In this document: positions 7,466 through 16,203 of the stretch, piece after piece | Numbering within the stretch: position 1 is the first letter of the stretch | Layout of the letters: every line of letters begins with the position of its first letter | NCBI GenBank assembly: GCA_036488585.1 | Contig: DASXHH010000024.1 | Coordinates: forward strand, 85-64,084 | Length of the DNA: 64,000 bases | From: Candidatus Saccharimonadia bacterium | GTDB taxonomy: Bacteria > Patescibacteriota > Saccharimonadia > UBA4664 | Direction of reading: 5' to 3' | The notes under the pieces: generated by a model | What the model was told of the DNA's origin: nothing | The model's input: only the letters and a program-made list of their open reading frames with translations | The model's database searches: none | Made by a program: the position numbers and the translations under genes

Positions 7466-8581
7466 TTATTTGCGGCCGGTGGAGATAGCCTGGATGGTAG
7501 CAGCGGCGTCAACTTTGATGCCGGGGCCCATCGAGGTGGTGGCGGAGAGCGCCCTCACGTAGGTGCCCTTGGCAGAGGCGGGCTTGGCCTTGAGCACTGC
7601 GCTCAGGAATGCGGTGGCGTTGGCACGCAGGTCTTCGGGCTTAAAGCTCGCTTTGCCGACCGCCTGGTGGACGATCGCGGACTTGTCGATGCGGAACTCA
7701 ACCTTACCGCCCTTGGCCTCTTTGACGGCCTTGGCGACATCGGGAGTGACGGTACCGCTCTTGGGGTTCGGCATGAGGCCGCGCGGTCCTAGGACCTTGG
7801 CGACGCGGCCGAGGGTGGCCATCTTGTCAGGAGTAGCTACGAGCATATCGAACTCGAGCTTGCCCTTCTCGATGTCGGCCAGCAGCTTGTCGGTGCCAAC
7901 TAGGTCGGCGCCGGCAGCTTTGGCATCCTCGGCAGCTTTGCCGTCTGCGAATACGGCTACACGGACGGTTTTGCCGGTGCCGTGCGGCAGGACTACGCTG
8001 GAGCGGACCATCTGGTCGGCCTGGCGCGGATCGACACCGAGGTTAATGTGAAGCTCCACGGTGGAGTCAAACTTGGTGGTAGCGGTCTTTTGGGCTAGGT
8101 CCAGAGCTTCATCGAGGGTGTAAGCCTTGCCTACTTCGATGAGCTCGGAAGCCTTACGGTATTTCTTACCGTGTTGGTGCAACGGGTTGGGTTGCTGGCG
8201 CTTGGCCTTGGGCGGAGCGTCAGCCTCAGCGGCGTCAGTTTCGGCGCGGTGCTCCTTGGCCTCCTGGCGGGACTCTTCGGCCTCTACCTCACGGACGGCT
8301 TTGGCGCTGCGCTTGCCGGCTTTAGCCGTGCCTTTGGGCTCCTCGCCCTTAGCGTCGGTGCCGGTGGCGGCGTCGGTGGGAGCGTCCGATTCACTTACGT
8401 GGTCTTCATTCTCGTCGGGGGTCGATTCCTTGGCGCCGGACCTTTCGAGGTTCTGGTCCTCGGCCACGGCTACCACGTCGTCGGTGAGGTCCACCTCGGG
8501 CGCAGTCTCCTGGATCTCGGTGATCTCATCATGAGTCTCTTCGGCGGCCATAATTTCTTCGCGGTTCTTTGATTCTGCCAT
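7466..8581 (-). CDS. rplA: 50S ribosomal protein L1 with a ~139-aa acidic low-complexity N-terminal extension
   Basis: C-terminal 232 aa align to L1 (VLPHGTGKTVRVAVF, GPRGLMPNPKSGTVT). ATG at 8579-8581 has GGAGG 12 nt upstream and overlaps the rplK stop (TAATG). Confidence 0.9.
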   Translation of the reverse strand: MAESKNREEIMAAEETHDEITEIQETAPEVDLTDDVVAVAEDQNLERSGAKESTPDENEDHVSESDAPTDAATGTDAKGEEPKGTAKAGKRSAKAVREVEAEESRQEAKEHRAETDAAEADAPPKAKRQQPNPLHQHGKKYRKASELIEVGKAYTLDEALDLAQKTATTKFDSTVELHINLGVDPRQADQMVRSSVVLPHGTGKTVRVAVFADGKAAEDAKAAGADLVGTDKLLADIEKGKLEFDMLVATPDKMATLGRVAKVLGPRGLMPNPKSGTVTPDVAKAVKEAKGGKVEFRIDKSAIVHQAVGKASFKPEDLRANATAFLSAVLKAKPASAKGTYVRALSATTSMGPGIKVDAAATIQAISTGRK

Positions 8582-9018
8582 TATTCAACAACCTCCACGC
8601 CCATGCTGCGGGCCTGGCCGGCCACGATTTTCTCGGCGGCTTCGACGCTGTGAGCGTTCATGTCCTTAAGTTTCTTCTCGGCCAACTCGGTGACCTGAGC
8701 CTTGGAGAGAGTTCCCACCTTGGTCTTGTTGGGCACGCCACTCCCCTTCTCGATACCCGCGGATTTGCGGATGAGGGTAGCAACAGTATCGCCCTTGAAG
8801 GTGAATTCGAAGGTGCGGTCCTCGAAGATCTTGACCTTCACGGTCAGCTTCTCGTCGGGCAGCTCACGGGTCTGCTCGTTGAAGGCGTTGACGAATTCCA
8901 TCATGTTTACGCCCTGCGCGCCGAGCATGGAGCCCACGGGCGGTGCCGGAGTGGCCTTGCCGGGAGCGAGGCGGAACTTAATATTGGCTTTGACTGGCTT
9001 AGCTTTGGGTACAGCCAT
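8581..9018 (-). CDS. rplK: 50S ribosomal protein L11
   Basis: MAVPKAKPVKANIKFRLAPGKATPAPPVG ... is canonical L11. Confidence 0.95.
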   Translation of the reverse strand: MAVPKAKPVKANIKFRLAPGKATPAPPVGSMLGAQGVNMMEFVNAFNEQTRELPDEKLTVKVKIFEDRTFEFTFKGDTVATLIRKSAGIEKGSGVPNKTKVGTLSKAQVTELAEKKLKDMNAHSVEAAEKIVAGQARSMGVEVVE

Positions 9019-9122
9019 AAAGTCTCCTGGTGGTGCAAACGGTTACCTACGGCAACCTCCCACGTTAAGTTAACCTAGATACTTTAACAGATTTAGGCTG
9101 GTTTGAAAAGGGGTAATTGGGA

Positions 9123-9671
9123 CTAGATTTTCTTGACTTGCAGACTATCGAGCTCGACTGGGGTTTCACGGCCGAACATATTTACGAGAACTTTGATCTT
9201 GCCCTTGTTCTCGTCGATCTCAGAGACCATGCCATCGAAGCCCTTGAAGGGGCCGTCGGTGATGTTGACGGCTTCACCGACCTGGAAGTCGATCTTGAAC
9301 TTTGGCTCCTCTACGCCCATGCGCTTCTGGATATGCTTAACCTCGTCTTCGGAGATTGGGGTGGGCGTGGTGCCGGAACCGACGAAGCCGGTGACGTTGG
9401 GGGTGTTGCGTACGACGTACCAGGAATCCTCGGTGACGTCCATTTGCACGAGCACGTAGCCCGGGAAGATACGACGCTCGACAATGCGGCGGCGACCGTT
9501 TTTGATCTCGATCTGGTTCTCTTTGGGCACAATTACGTCGAAGATTTTCTCGGCCATGTGCATAGTTTCGATGCGCTGACGCAGGTTTTCAGCCACACGG
9601 TCCTCGTAACCCGAGTAGGTGTGAATGACGTACCAATGATGGTGCTTAGTCTTGGTCTTGTCTTCGGCCAT
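9123..9671 (-). CDS. nusG: Transcription termination/antitermination factor NusG
   Basis: NGN domain (WYVIHTYSGYE) and KOW domain (FQVGEAVNITDGPFKGFDG). Confidence 0.95.
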   Translation of the reverse strand: MAEDKTKTKHHHWYVIHTYSGYEDRVAENLRQRIETMHMAEKIFDVIVPKENQIEIKNGRRRIVERRIFPGYVLVQMDVTEDSWYVVRNTPNVTGFVGSGTTPTPISEDEVKHIQKRMGVEEPKFKIDFQVGEAVNITDGPFKGFDGMVSEIDENKGKIKVLVNMFGRETPVELDSLQVKKI

Positions 9672-9673
9672 GT

Positions 9674-9862
9674 TTACCCTTTAACGATTATGCTCTGAAC
9701 CAGGTTGGAGAAGATGAAGTCCATGAATCCTAGGACCAGAGCCATTACCAACGAAAACCCAATGACCAACAGGGTCAACCGGATGGTTTGGCGGCGGTTG
9801 GGCCAGGAAACTTTGGCTAACTCGGCGCGCGAGGCGGCGAAGTAATCCATGAGCGGCTTCAT
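9674..9862 (-). CDS. secE: Preprotein translocase subunit SecE
   Basis: 62-aa single-TM protein immediately upstream of nusG, with the typical ELKKVSWP-like motif (ELAKVSWPNRRQ). Confidence 0.85.
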   Translation of the reverse strand: MKPLMDYFAASRAELAKVSWPNRRQTIRLTLLVIGFSLVMALVLGFMDFIFSNLVQSIIVKG

Positions 9863-9894
9863 GCGATGCTCTCTCCTTGTCCGCTTACGCGGGC

Positions 9895-9917
9895 AAAATT
9901 AAAAAGCCTGCGGCTTT
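9895..9917 (-). terminator. Weak hairpin (AAGCC-GCA-GGCTT) plus T-run on minus; possible terminator of the 9963..11720 gene
   Basis: Short 5-bp stem followed by TTTTTAATTTT on the minus strand. Confidence 0.3.
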
Positions 9918-9962
9918 GTGTCAATATTGCCTGAATTTAGGGCAAAAGTCAACGGTGGTGGG

Positions 9963-11720
9963 CTAAAGCTTAATCCAGGGTAGAGCCAGCACGGCAACTA
10001 CGAGGATGGTGGTGAGTGATACGAGTAGGGCGAGTGGGGCACGCTTGGCTTCGGCGGGTTGGCGGCCGGAGAGTAGGTTGACGGCGCCGTCTGTGTGATC
10101 GGCCAGTACGAGCTGGCGGTAGAGGGCGACCCACCAGGCGGCGGTGCCAGCGCCGAATAAGGCTCCGGCTAGCCAGGCGACGACCGCTACGCCGAGTGTG
10201 ACGGCGAGATGGAGGCCGGCGGGGGCGGCGGCGACAAATGCGACAGCGAGGACTGCCAGAGGTAGGGCCATGAGTAGCTCGATGGCAGCAGCCAGGAACC
10301 GCAAGCCAAGCAGTTCAAAGCGGTGGCTAAACAATCGCCATCCGAGTTTGATGGCAGATTTGGGACCATTAGCAGTGAGCGTAATTGCTACGCCGGCCAG
10401 GCCGTGGGTAATGGCCATGGCTGTGAGCAGATAGAGTAGCAGCAGGAAAGCTACGAACAGGGCGCCGATTTGCAGCTGGATATTGACGGGCCAGGTTTGG
10501 CCGCCAGTGGCGATGAGCAGGCCAACGACGGCTAGTAGAGCGAGCTGGATGCAGGCGTAAAGGCTGTCGAGAGCTAGTCGACGGCCAAAGGTGTTGATGC
10601 CGACGCCTAGCTGTTTTGAGAGCGAGACGGGGCGATGATCGGCTTCGCGGGCTACGCCATAGGTGATGGCAGCTTGTCCAACACTGCGCCCCAGGTAATA
10701 CAGGAGAGCCAGCCCGGTGAGTTGCGCTACAAGAAATGGCTCGGGGTGCTGCAAGCGGTTGGCTAGCCCGTTCGGGCCGAGGGTGAGGAACAGCCAAGTA
10801 CCGTAGCTCACCACCGCCGCGAAAGCTACGGATGCCAGACCGGCTAGGCCAAGATGACGCGGACGGGCCCGAGCTTGCAGGCTGAATTTCATTGCGGGGC
10901 CAAAATGTAGTGCAGGCACGCCGACTTTGTGGACATGGTGACGCTTGGGAGCGGATTTTGGCCAGGTGAAGAGAGGCTTGCGTTTGTGCTTGGGCTTATG
11001 GACGGGCTTGGATTTGGCTAGCTCTGGCTCTTCGGTATCGGGTTTGATGGTGACTGGACGCGGCTTGCGGGGCGCGATGTCGCTCATGCGGCGAGGTCCG
11101 GGCAGTGGTATGTCGGCGGGTGGTGCTGGTGTTGTCGGCGTAGGAACAGGGGCAGGCACTGGGCTAGGAGCTTTGGGGCTGCCGAGTTGAGGAGCGTCTG
11201 GAAGGGCAGGGGCGGTCATATTGATGCTGCGGCGAGGAGCGTCGAGCGGGCCGGACTTGGGGCGGCCCGGTTTGCGGTGCTTGGTTCTGGTGGTGTCGGT
11301 AATAATTTCCGGCTTAGAATTGTCCGACTTGGCAATGTCGGTTTCGCCTTCGGCTTCAACCACAGGCTTGATGCGCCCGCGGGATTTGAAGATGAGCGGA
11401 TGCGTCCCGCTATCAGCATCGGGTTCGGCGGTTTTGGTGGGCTTTGGGTCCATGGTTGGCTCGGGTGCTTTAACCGGTTTGTCCCTGCTCGCAGGCTTGG
11501 TGGCCTGCTTGGTGTCGACCGCGGCGGTAACGATGGCGGTGGCGGTGGTGGCTGCTGGTATGCCGGAAGCGGATAGGATTTTTACGCCTTCGGGTAAACC
11601 GCTGGCTTGCACGCCGGCCACGCCGCTGGCGGGAGCGGGCACTGCTTGGCCACAATTAATACAGAAGTGCTGCCCTTGCACCTCAATGATGTCGTCGGAA
11701 TGGCAGTTAGGACAAACCAT
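9963..11720 (-). CDS. Membrane protein: N-terminal zinc-ribbon (CPNC ... CINC), long Pro/Ala/Thr/Lys-rich disordered linker, C-terminal polytopic TM domain
   Basis: MVCPNCHSDDIIEVQGQHFCINCG has two CxxC pairs. The PAPVPTPTTPAPP linker and at least 8 hydrophobic segments in the C-terminal 330 aa. Confidence 0.6.
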   Translation of the reverse strand: MVCPNCHSDDIIEVQGQHFCINCGQAVPAPASGVAGVQASGLPEGVKILSASGIPAATTATAIVTAAVDTKQATKPASRDKPVKAPEPTMDPKPTKTAEPDADSGTHPLIFKSRGRIKPVVEAEGETDIAKSDNSKPEIITDTTRTKHRKPGRPKSGPLDAPRRSINMTAPALPDAPQLGSPKAPSPVPAPVPTPTTPAPPADIPLPGPRRMSDIAPRKPRPVTIKPDTEEPELAKSKPVHKPKHKRKPLFTWPKSAPKRHHVHKVGVPALHFGPAMKFSLQARARPRHLGLAGLASVAFAAVVSYGTWLFLTLGPNGLANRLQHPEPFLVAQLTGLALLYYLGRSVGQAAITYGVAREADHRPVSLSKQLGVGINTFGRRLALDSLYACIQLALLAVVGLLIATGGQTWPVNIQLQIGALFVAFLLLLYLLTAMAITHGLAGVAITLTANGPKSAIKLGWRLFSHRFELLGLRFLAAAIELLMALPLAVLAVAFVAAAPAGLHLAVTLGVAVVAWLAGALFGAGTAAWWVALYRQLVLADHTDGAVNLLSGRQPAEAKRAPLALLVSLTTILVVAVLALPWIKL

Positions 11721-11861
11721 TAGCTTTATTTAACCATTCTGAGCGTTATATCTCAATGCGCTTGTGCCTTGCAGTTATGCACCGCTATCCCCAGAAATTT
11801 CGTGCGTTTATACAAGCTTTGGGGGACTTGGGTTGTCATTTTGGACGATCGCTGTGGGCGC

Positions 11862-13550
11862 CTATTTTGACTGAGTGACGACTGGTTCACGCTGGGCGGT
11901 GGTGGCCACCTGTCGCGACTGTTCGCCCGGGACGTTAACGGGTACCAACACGCGGAAGGTAGAACCGTGGTTGAGCTTGGAGGTGAAGGTGATCTGTACG
12001 CCCAACTTTTCGGCTAGTTTGCGAGTGATGTACAAGCCGAGGCCAGTACCACCGGTCGCGCGGGTGCGGTAGTCCTCGGAGCGGTAGAATTTGTTGAAGA
12101 TTTTGGATTTATCGGTGGTGCTCATGCCGATGCCGGTGTCGTGAACGGCAAATTCGGTACCGTCGGGGCGGCGCTCCACTTCAAGTATCACACTACCCTT
12201 CTCGGTGTATTTAATAGCGTTGGTGATGAAGTTCTGGAGGATTTCGCGCAGATCGTGCTCGCTTGTAACCATGCTGCCGAGCTCGTGGCCCATTTGTAGC
12301 TTGAGTTCCAGCTTTTTGGCTTGGGCTTGCGGGCGGTAATCGCGGGCCAGCTGCTCCGCGAAGAGCGTGGTATTAACGATTTCACGCTCGGGCATGAGAT
12401 CGGCCCGTTCGGCCCGAGACAGGTTGGTGAGACTCTGGATGAGCTCACCGAGGAAGACGGTGTTTTCGTGGGCCTGGTCGAGTAGTTTACGGGCCTTGGG
12501 TGGAATTTTGGCGTAACCCGGCAAGAGAGCGGTAGATAGGTTGGCCTCAGCGATGGCTAGTGGCGTACGCAATTCATGCGAGGTAACGGAAATGAACTCG
12601 TCGCGTTCGTCGTCGAGAGATTTTTGCTTGGTGATGTCACGAAATACGGCCATATAGCCGCCCCAGTTTTCGTTGCGCGAGTAGCCAAACACGTGGACCG
12701 GTGAAACGGTGAGGTCGAGCACTATTTTGGAGCCGTCCGAGGCGTGGTAGAACAAGTCCTGGCGGTTTAATGGACGATCGTGCTCGGTGGCTAGGCGGAG
12801 TAAATGTACACGATCCCCGTGCGCGTTGTAGAGCGGTAGTAGCTCGTTGATGGAGCCGCCGTTGATGTCGCGGTTGGTGTTGAGGAGCTCGAGGGCGGCG
12901 GCATTGTAGAGGTAGATCTTGCCGTGCTCGTCCACAGCTAGAACTGCGCTGGAGAGGCTATTGATGAGGCTGAGCAGGCGCTGGCGCTCGTTTTCGATGC
13001 GGCGAGTGAAGCGGCTTTCGAGTAGATACTCCTCGTCACGGCTGCGCACCGATTGCTCTGCCACTAGGCTAAATACGATTAAGAAGACGAGTTTAATGAT
13101 GAATTGGAATTCCGGGGCACTCGGCTGGGGCGTGAGATCGGTTTTGAGTAAAACCAGGGTTATAAATACCTGCGCGCTGAGCGAAAACGCGAATCCGGCG
13201 ATGCCGTACGAAGCGATGGTGGCGATGATTAGAAGGAAGAAAAACGGATAGTAGGGGCTACCGAGGCCGCCGCTTACCAGCACAATCGACAGCACGAAGA
13301 TGTGGTCGACGGTAAGCGAGTTCATGCGCGAGCGGAAGAACGGCCGTTGAAGCAGTTTGGGGCTGTAGCGCAGGGCGTTATAGATGGCGGTAGGGACGAT
13401 AATCGTTATAACGATGAGACCGTAGGCAGTCTGGAAGGGGTACGTAATAAGTACTAGCCCCAAGCAAATCCAACGAGCCATTCGAGACGATGATTCGTAA
13501 TATTCCTCACGATCGAAGATGGGCCTGGAGAGTGTGGCCTTCATATGCAA
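11862..13550 (-). CDS. Sensor histidine kinase (TM N-terminus, PAS-like domain, HisKA, HATPase_c)
   Basis: HELRTPL H-box. HDTGIGM and GGTGLGLYI G-boxes. N-terminal hydrophobic segments. Confidence 0.85.
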   Translation of the reverse strand: MHMKATLSRPIFDREEYYESSSRMARWICLGLVLITYPFQTAYGLIVITIIVPTAIYNALRYSPKLLQRPFFRSRMNSLTVDHIFVLSIVLVSGGLGSPYYPFFFLLIIATIASYGIAGFAFSLSAQVFITLVLLKTDLTPQPSAPEFQFIIKLVFLIVFSLVAEQSVRSRDEEYLLESRFTRRIENERQRLLSLINSLSSAVLAVDEHGKIYLYNAAALELLNTNRDINGGSINELLPLYNAHGDRVHLLRLATEHDRPLNRQDLFYHASDGSKIVLDLTVSPVHVFGYSRNENWGGYMAVFRDITKQKSLDDERDEFISVTSHELRTPLAIAEANLSTALLPGYAKIPPKARKLLDQAHENTVFLGELIQSLTNLSRAERADLMPEREIVNTTLFAEQLARDYRPQAQAKKLELKLQMGHELGSMVTSEHDLREILQNFITNAIKYTEKGSVILEVERRPDGTEFAVHDTGIGMSTTDKSKIFNKFYRSEDYRTRATGGTGLGLYITRKLAEKLGVQITFTSKLNHGSTFRVLVPVNVPGEQSRQVATTAQREPVVTQSK

Positions 13551-13587
13551 TTAGCATAACCGCTTTGTGCGGGCAGGGCTAGAGTAT

Positions 13588-14082
13588 CTACTTGCTGCGA
13601 TGAGGGCGTAGACGGATCGTTCGCAGTGGTGCGAGCAGGCGCGGGTAGCGACGGCCGAGCAAACTGAGTGCAGTAACGATCATGCCAAACAGTAGTGACA
13701 GGCCAATCCAACCCCAGAGCGATGGCCCGGCGGCATCAGCGACTTGCACGGGCGCGCCGTCGGCTTCGCCCATTATGACTTGAAGCGTTTGATCGGATGA
13801 GGCTGGGGCCTGCAGGGCTGATCCGTTGGGTGCGGTAAGGCCGGTAGCGTCGGAGCCGGTGGACTGGAGTGGCGACCCGCCGACCGGCTGCAGTGAGCCG
13901 GAATCGTTGGTAGAGCTACCGGCGCCCGAAGTGAGCGAGCTTGGTCCCAACAGGTAGCTGGCTGATGAGGGCGCCGGCGTATCGGTGGCGGCTGGTGTGT
14001 CAGCGGGTGCAGGGGTGGCGTCGGCCAGTGCGACGACGGGCACGAAGACTAGGCTGCCGATAACCAGGAGTCGGATGAACAT
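13588..14082 (-). CDS. Secreted/anchored Ser/Thr/Pro/Ala-rich protein with signal peptide and C-terminal TM anchor (hypothetical)
   Basis: MFIRLLVIGSLVFVPVVALA signal-like N-terminus, low-complexity ST-rich middle, C-terminal LLFGMIVTALSLLGRRYPR. Confidence 0.45.
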   Translation of the reverse strand: MFIRLLVIGSLVFVPVVALADATPAPADTPAATDTPAPSSASYLLGPSSLTSGAGSSTNDSGSLQPVGGSPLQSTGSDATGLTAPNGSALQAPASSDQTLQVIMGEADGAPVQVADAAGPSLWGWIGLSLLFGMIVTALSLLGRRYPRLLAPLRTIRLRPHRSK

Positions 14083-14167
14083 GTGGTCATTGTATCGGAC
14101 TAGGGGTGGGCGGACAAACATTTATGCGAATCAGTGAAAACGGTAATGGTTAGCATATAATGAGGCT

Positions 14168-15184
14168 ATGCAGATAGCACACCACCGGCGATCACGATGG
14201 CGCATTTTGCTCTACCCAGTGCTAGGAATTGTGGTGGCAGATTTGGCGTACCAAGCGATTGTGGCCTGGCGGGCGTGGCATATTTTGGAGCGGGCGCAGC
14301 CGGAATTTTTGATTCTGGCGGTGTTAAATCAGCTAGTGGTGTACTGGATTTTGGTGCCGGCGATGCAGCGGTTTTACGGCGCAGCGGGAATTGCACTGCA
14401 TCACCGTAGGACGTTTGGCATGCTGGCTACAGGCTTGGCGGTAGCCAGGATAATTCCCGTAGGCGAATATGTGGTGTGGCGGGCGGCTACCCGTAAGTTG
14501 CGCGGAGGCGCGAGCGCTACGACGCAGTGGTTGATTTTGTATTACGCCTGGATGTTCGCGGGATTGGTGCTGCTATTCATGGTATTCCAAGTAATAACGT
14601 TCGTGGCATATCCGAACGCGCACGTAAAGAGTCTGGTTGGTTTGCTAAGATACCTGCCAGTCTTAATGGGGGTGTTGCTGGTAATAATCGGGGTATTATT
14701 GGCCACCCAGGTATCTTGGGTGCAACGGTTGATCTGGAAGGTGGCGTTCGATCGCTTTGGCAGCCGGTCGGTGTGGCCGTGGCACATCGTGCGCGACCGC
14801 AAGCTGGGACGGTACGAGTTGGGGGCACTGAGTGCGGCGGCGGTGGGCATGTGGCTGGTGGAAGGCTTCACCATGTTTTTATGCTTATACTCACTAAATA
14901 TCCGTGTGCCGCTGGTGATTGCGATGTTTGGCTTTACGTTTGCGCGATTGTTCGCTTTGCTGCCGTTGACCCCGGGTGGAATCGGGATAATTGAGACGGG
15001 TGCAGTGCTGTTCTTTGCGGCCTATGGCTACCCGGTGGGGCCCGTGTTTACAGCGGTTGTGATTTACCGTCTCATAACCTACTGGCCGGCACTGTTGGTG
15101 GGTGCAGGGGTGTATTTGGCTGATCGCGGGGTGCCAATATCGGTGGCACTGTCTGAAGGTTACGCTCGGCTGCGGGAATCATAA
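14168..15184 (+). CDS. UPF0104 / lysylphosphatidylglycerol-synthase-TM-region-like polytopic membrane protein
   Basis: Multiple TM segments and the LPLTPGGIGIIETG motif characteristic of the MprF-TM/UPF0104 family. Confidence 0.6.
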   Translation: MQIAHHRRSRWRILLYPVLGIVVADLAYQAIVAWRAWHILERAQPEFLILAVLNQLVVYWILVPAMQRFYGAAGIALHHRRTFGMLATGLAVARIIPVGEYVVWRAATRKLRGGASATTQWLILYYAWMFAGLVLLFMVFQVITFVAYPNAHVKSLVGLLRYLPVLMGVLLVIIGVLLATQVSWVQRLIWKVAFDRFGSRSVWPWHIVRDRKLGRYELGALSAAAVGMWLVEGFTMFLCLYSLNIRVPLVIAMFGFTFARLFALLPLTPGGIGIIETGAVLFFAAYGYPVGPVFTAVVIYRLITYWPALLVGAGVYLADRGVPISVALSEGYARLRES

Positions 15185-15217
15185 ACATAATAGCGTGGGG
15201 CCGGAGCCCGCAGAGGT

Positions 15218-15889
15218 TTACTCCGCGGGCCCGGCAGTGGCATCGTCATCTGGAATGCGAATTTCGATGGTTTTGCCGTTGATAGTTACCGAGATCTTGG
15301 TGCCGGGTGGGCCGACCACGGTGAAACTCGCCCACTCATGGCGGAACGTCAGTGTCCGAGGCTTCACGGGGGATTCCAGGTTGTCGAGTGTGACCTGGCC
15401 TAGCCAGGCCGCCGCCGCGACCATCATGGCATAGGAACCTGACCTCGGTTGGCGAATGCCAGCTTGGGCCAGGATCTCCCGGTTGTAGGGGTCTATATCA
15501 GTCGTACCCCAGCGGCTATCAATGGCGCGGGGATATAGATCGTATGACCCGGCAATTAGAGAGACTTGGTAGGGGCTTAGGGGGCTTCGGCTGAGAGCTC
15601 GGACGGTTTGCGTGTATGGCTGGCCGGCGGCGGTGTCCTTGATGAAGGTGGCACTGAGAAGGGCAGGGTCGAAGCGCTTTTCATTTAGCACTCGGACCAG
15701 CACACCTAGAATGCCGAGTCCGAAGTGGCGTTGGACGGCTTCGCGCCAGCGCGACAGCGAAACTTCGCCCCAGCCGAGTTTTTCGGATGCCTCCTTGATA
15801 GTAAGGCCATAGGCCAGAGCGGCCAGGACCTGCTGAGCTGGCAGTAGCAGGACGCCATCGCGATCTACGACCGCGGCGATTTTTGTCAT
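15218..15889 (-). CDS. Putative HTH (LuxR/GerE-like) DNA-binding protein with an uncharacterised C-terminal domain
   Basis: LTIKEASEKLGWGEVSLSRWREAVQRHFG resembles a LuxR-type HTH. No receiver domain. Confidence 0.4.
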   Translation of the reverse strand: MTKIAAVVDRDGVLLLPAQQVLAALAYGLTIKEASEKLGWGEVSLSRWREAVQRHFGLGILGVLVRVLNEKRFDPALLSATFIKDTAAGQPYTQTVRALSRSPLSPYQVSLIAGSYDLYPRAIDSRWGTTDIDPYNREILAQAGIRQPRSGSYAMMVAAAAWLGQVTLDNLESPVKPRTLTFRHEWASFTVVGPPGTKISVTINGKTIEIRIPDDDATAGPAE

Positions 15890-15986
15890 GGGCTCTCCCG
15901 GGCGTGATGTCGGAGTGCTGGGTTTTGGCTTTCCCTGTGCGGTACTATACCACTATTGCCGAATGGCCTGGCACGTGGTAATAATG

Positions 15987-16184
15987 GGTCTACAGGCGAT
16001 GAAGCAGCTGACACTGCCGAGCCAGGGGAAGAACATCCGTGAGTCTCACGAACTATTAGACCCCCTCGGGACCGCCCGTTATAGCGGAAAATTAAGGCCT
16101 CATCAGGCGAAGCAAGGTGGCACCACGGCAATTATGTCGTCCTTGCGGGAACACGAAACTATTTCGTGAACCGCGAGGTTTTTT
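15987..16184 (+). promoter_or_regulatory. Candidate T-box riboswitch leader of aspS: Stem-I-like helix (GGGTCTA ... TAGACCC), T-box sequence AAGCAAGGTGGCACCACGG (16109-16128), intrinsic terminator (16141-16184)
   Basis: 15 of 19 positions match the T-box consensus AATTAGGGTGGNACCGCGG. The UGGC bulge base is complementary to a G73 discriminator, as in tRNA-Asp/Asn. Terminator hairpin CCTTGCGG ... CCGCGAGG plus TTTTTT sits just before the aspS RBS. Confidence 0.5.
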
Positions 16185-16203
16185 AGTTGTAAGGAGACAA
16201 TAT

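Noticed and set aside
10144-11733. Plus-strand ORFs antisense to the zinc-ribbon membrane gene (10144..10434, 10945..11190, 11187..11576, 11221..11733)
   Set aside because: They are Gly/Arg/Ala-rich shadows of the Pro/Ala-rich linker coding region on the opposite strand.
14197-14994. ORFs 14197..14409, 14527..14994 (+) and 14542..14874, 14577..14828 (-)
   Set aside because: They overlap the UPF0104 membrane-protein gene (14168..15184) in other frames. Compositions are Gly/Arg/Pro-rich and there is no support for them.
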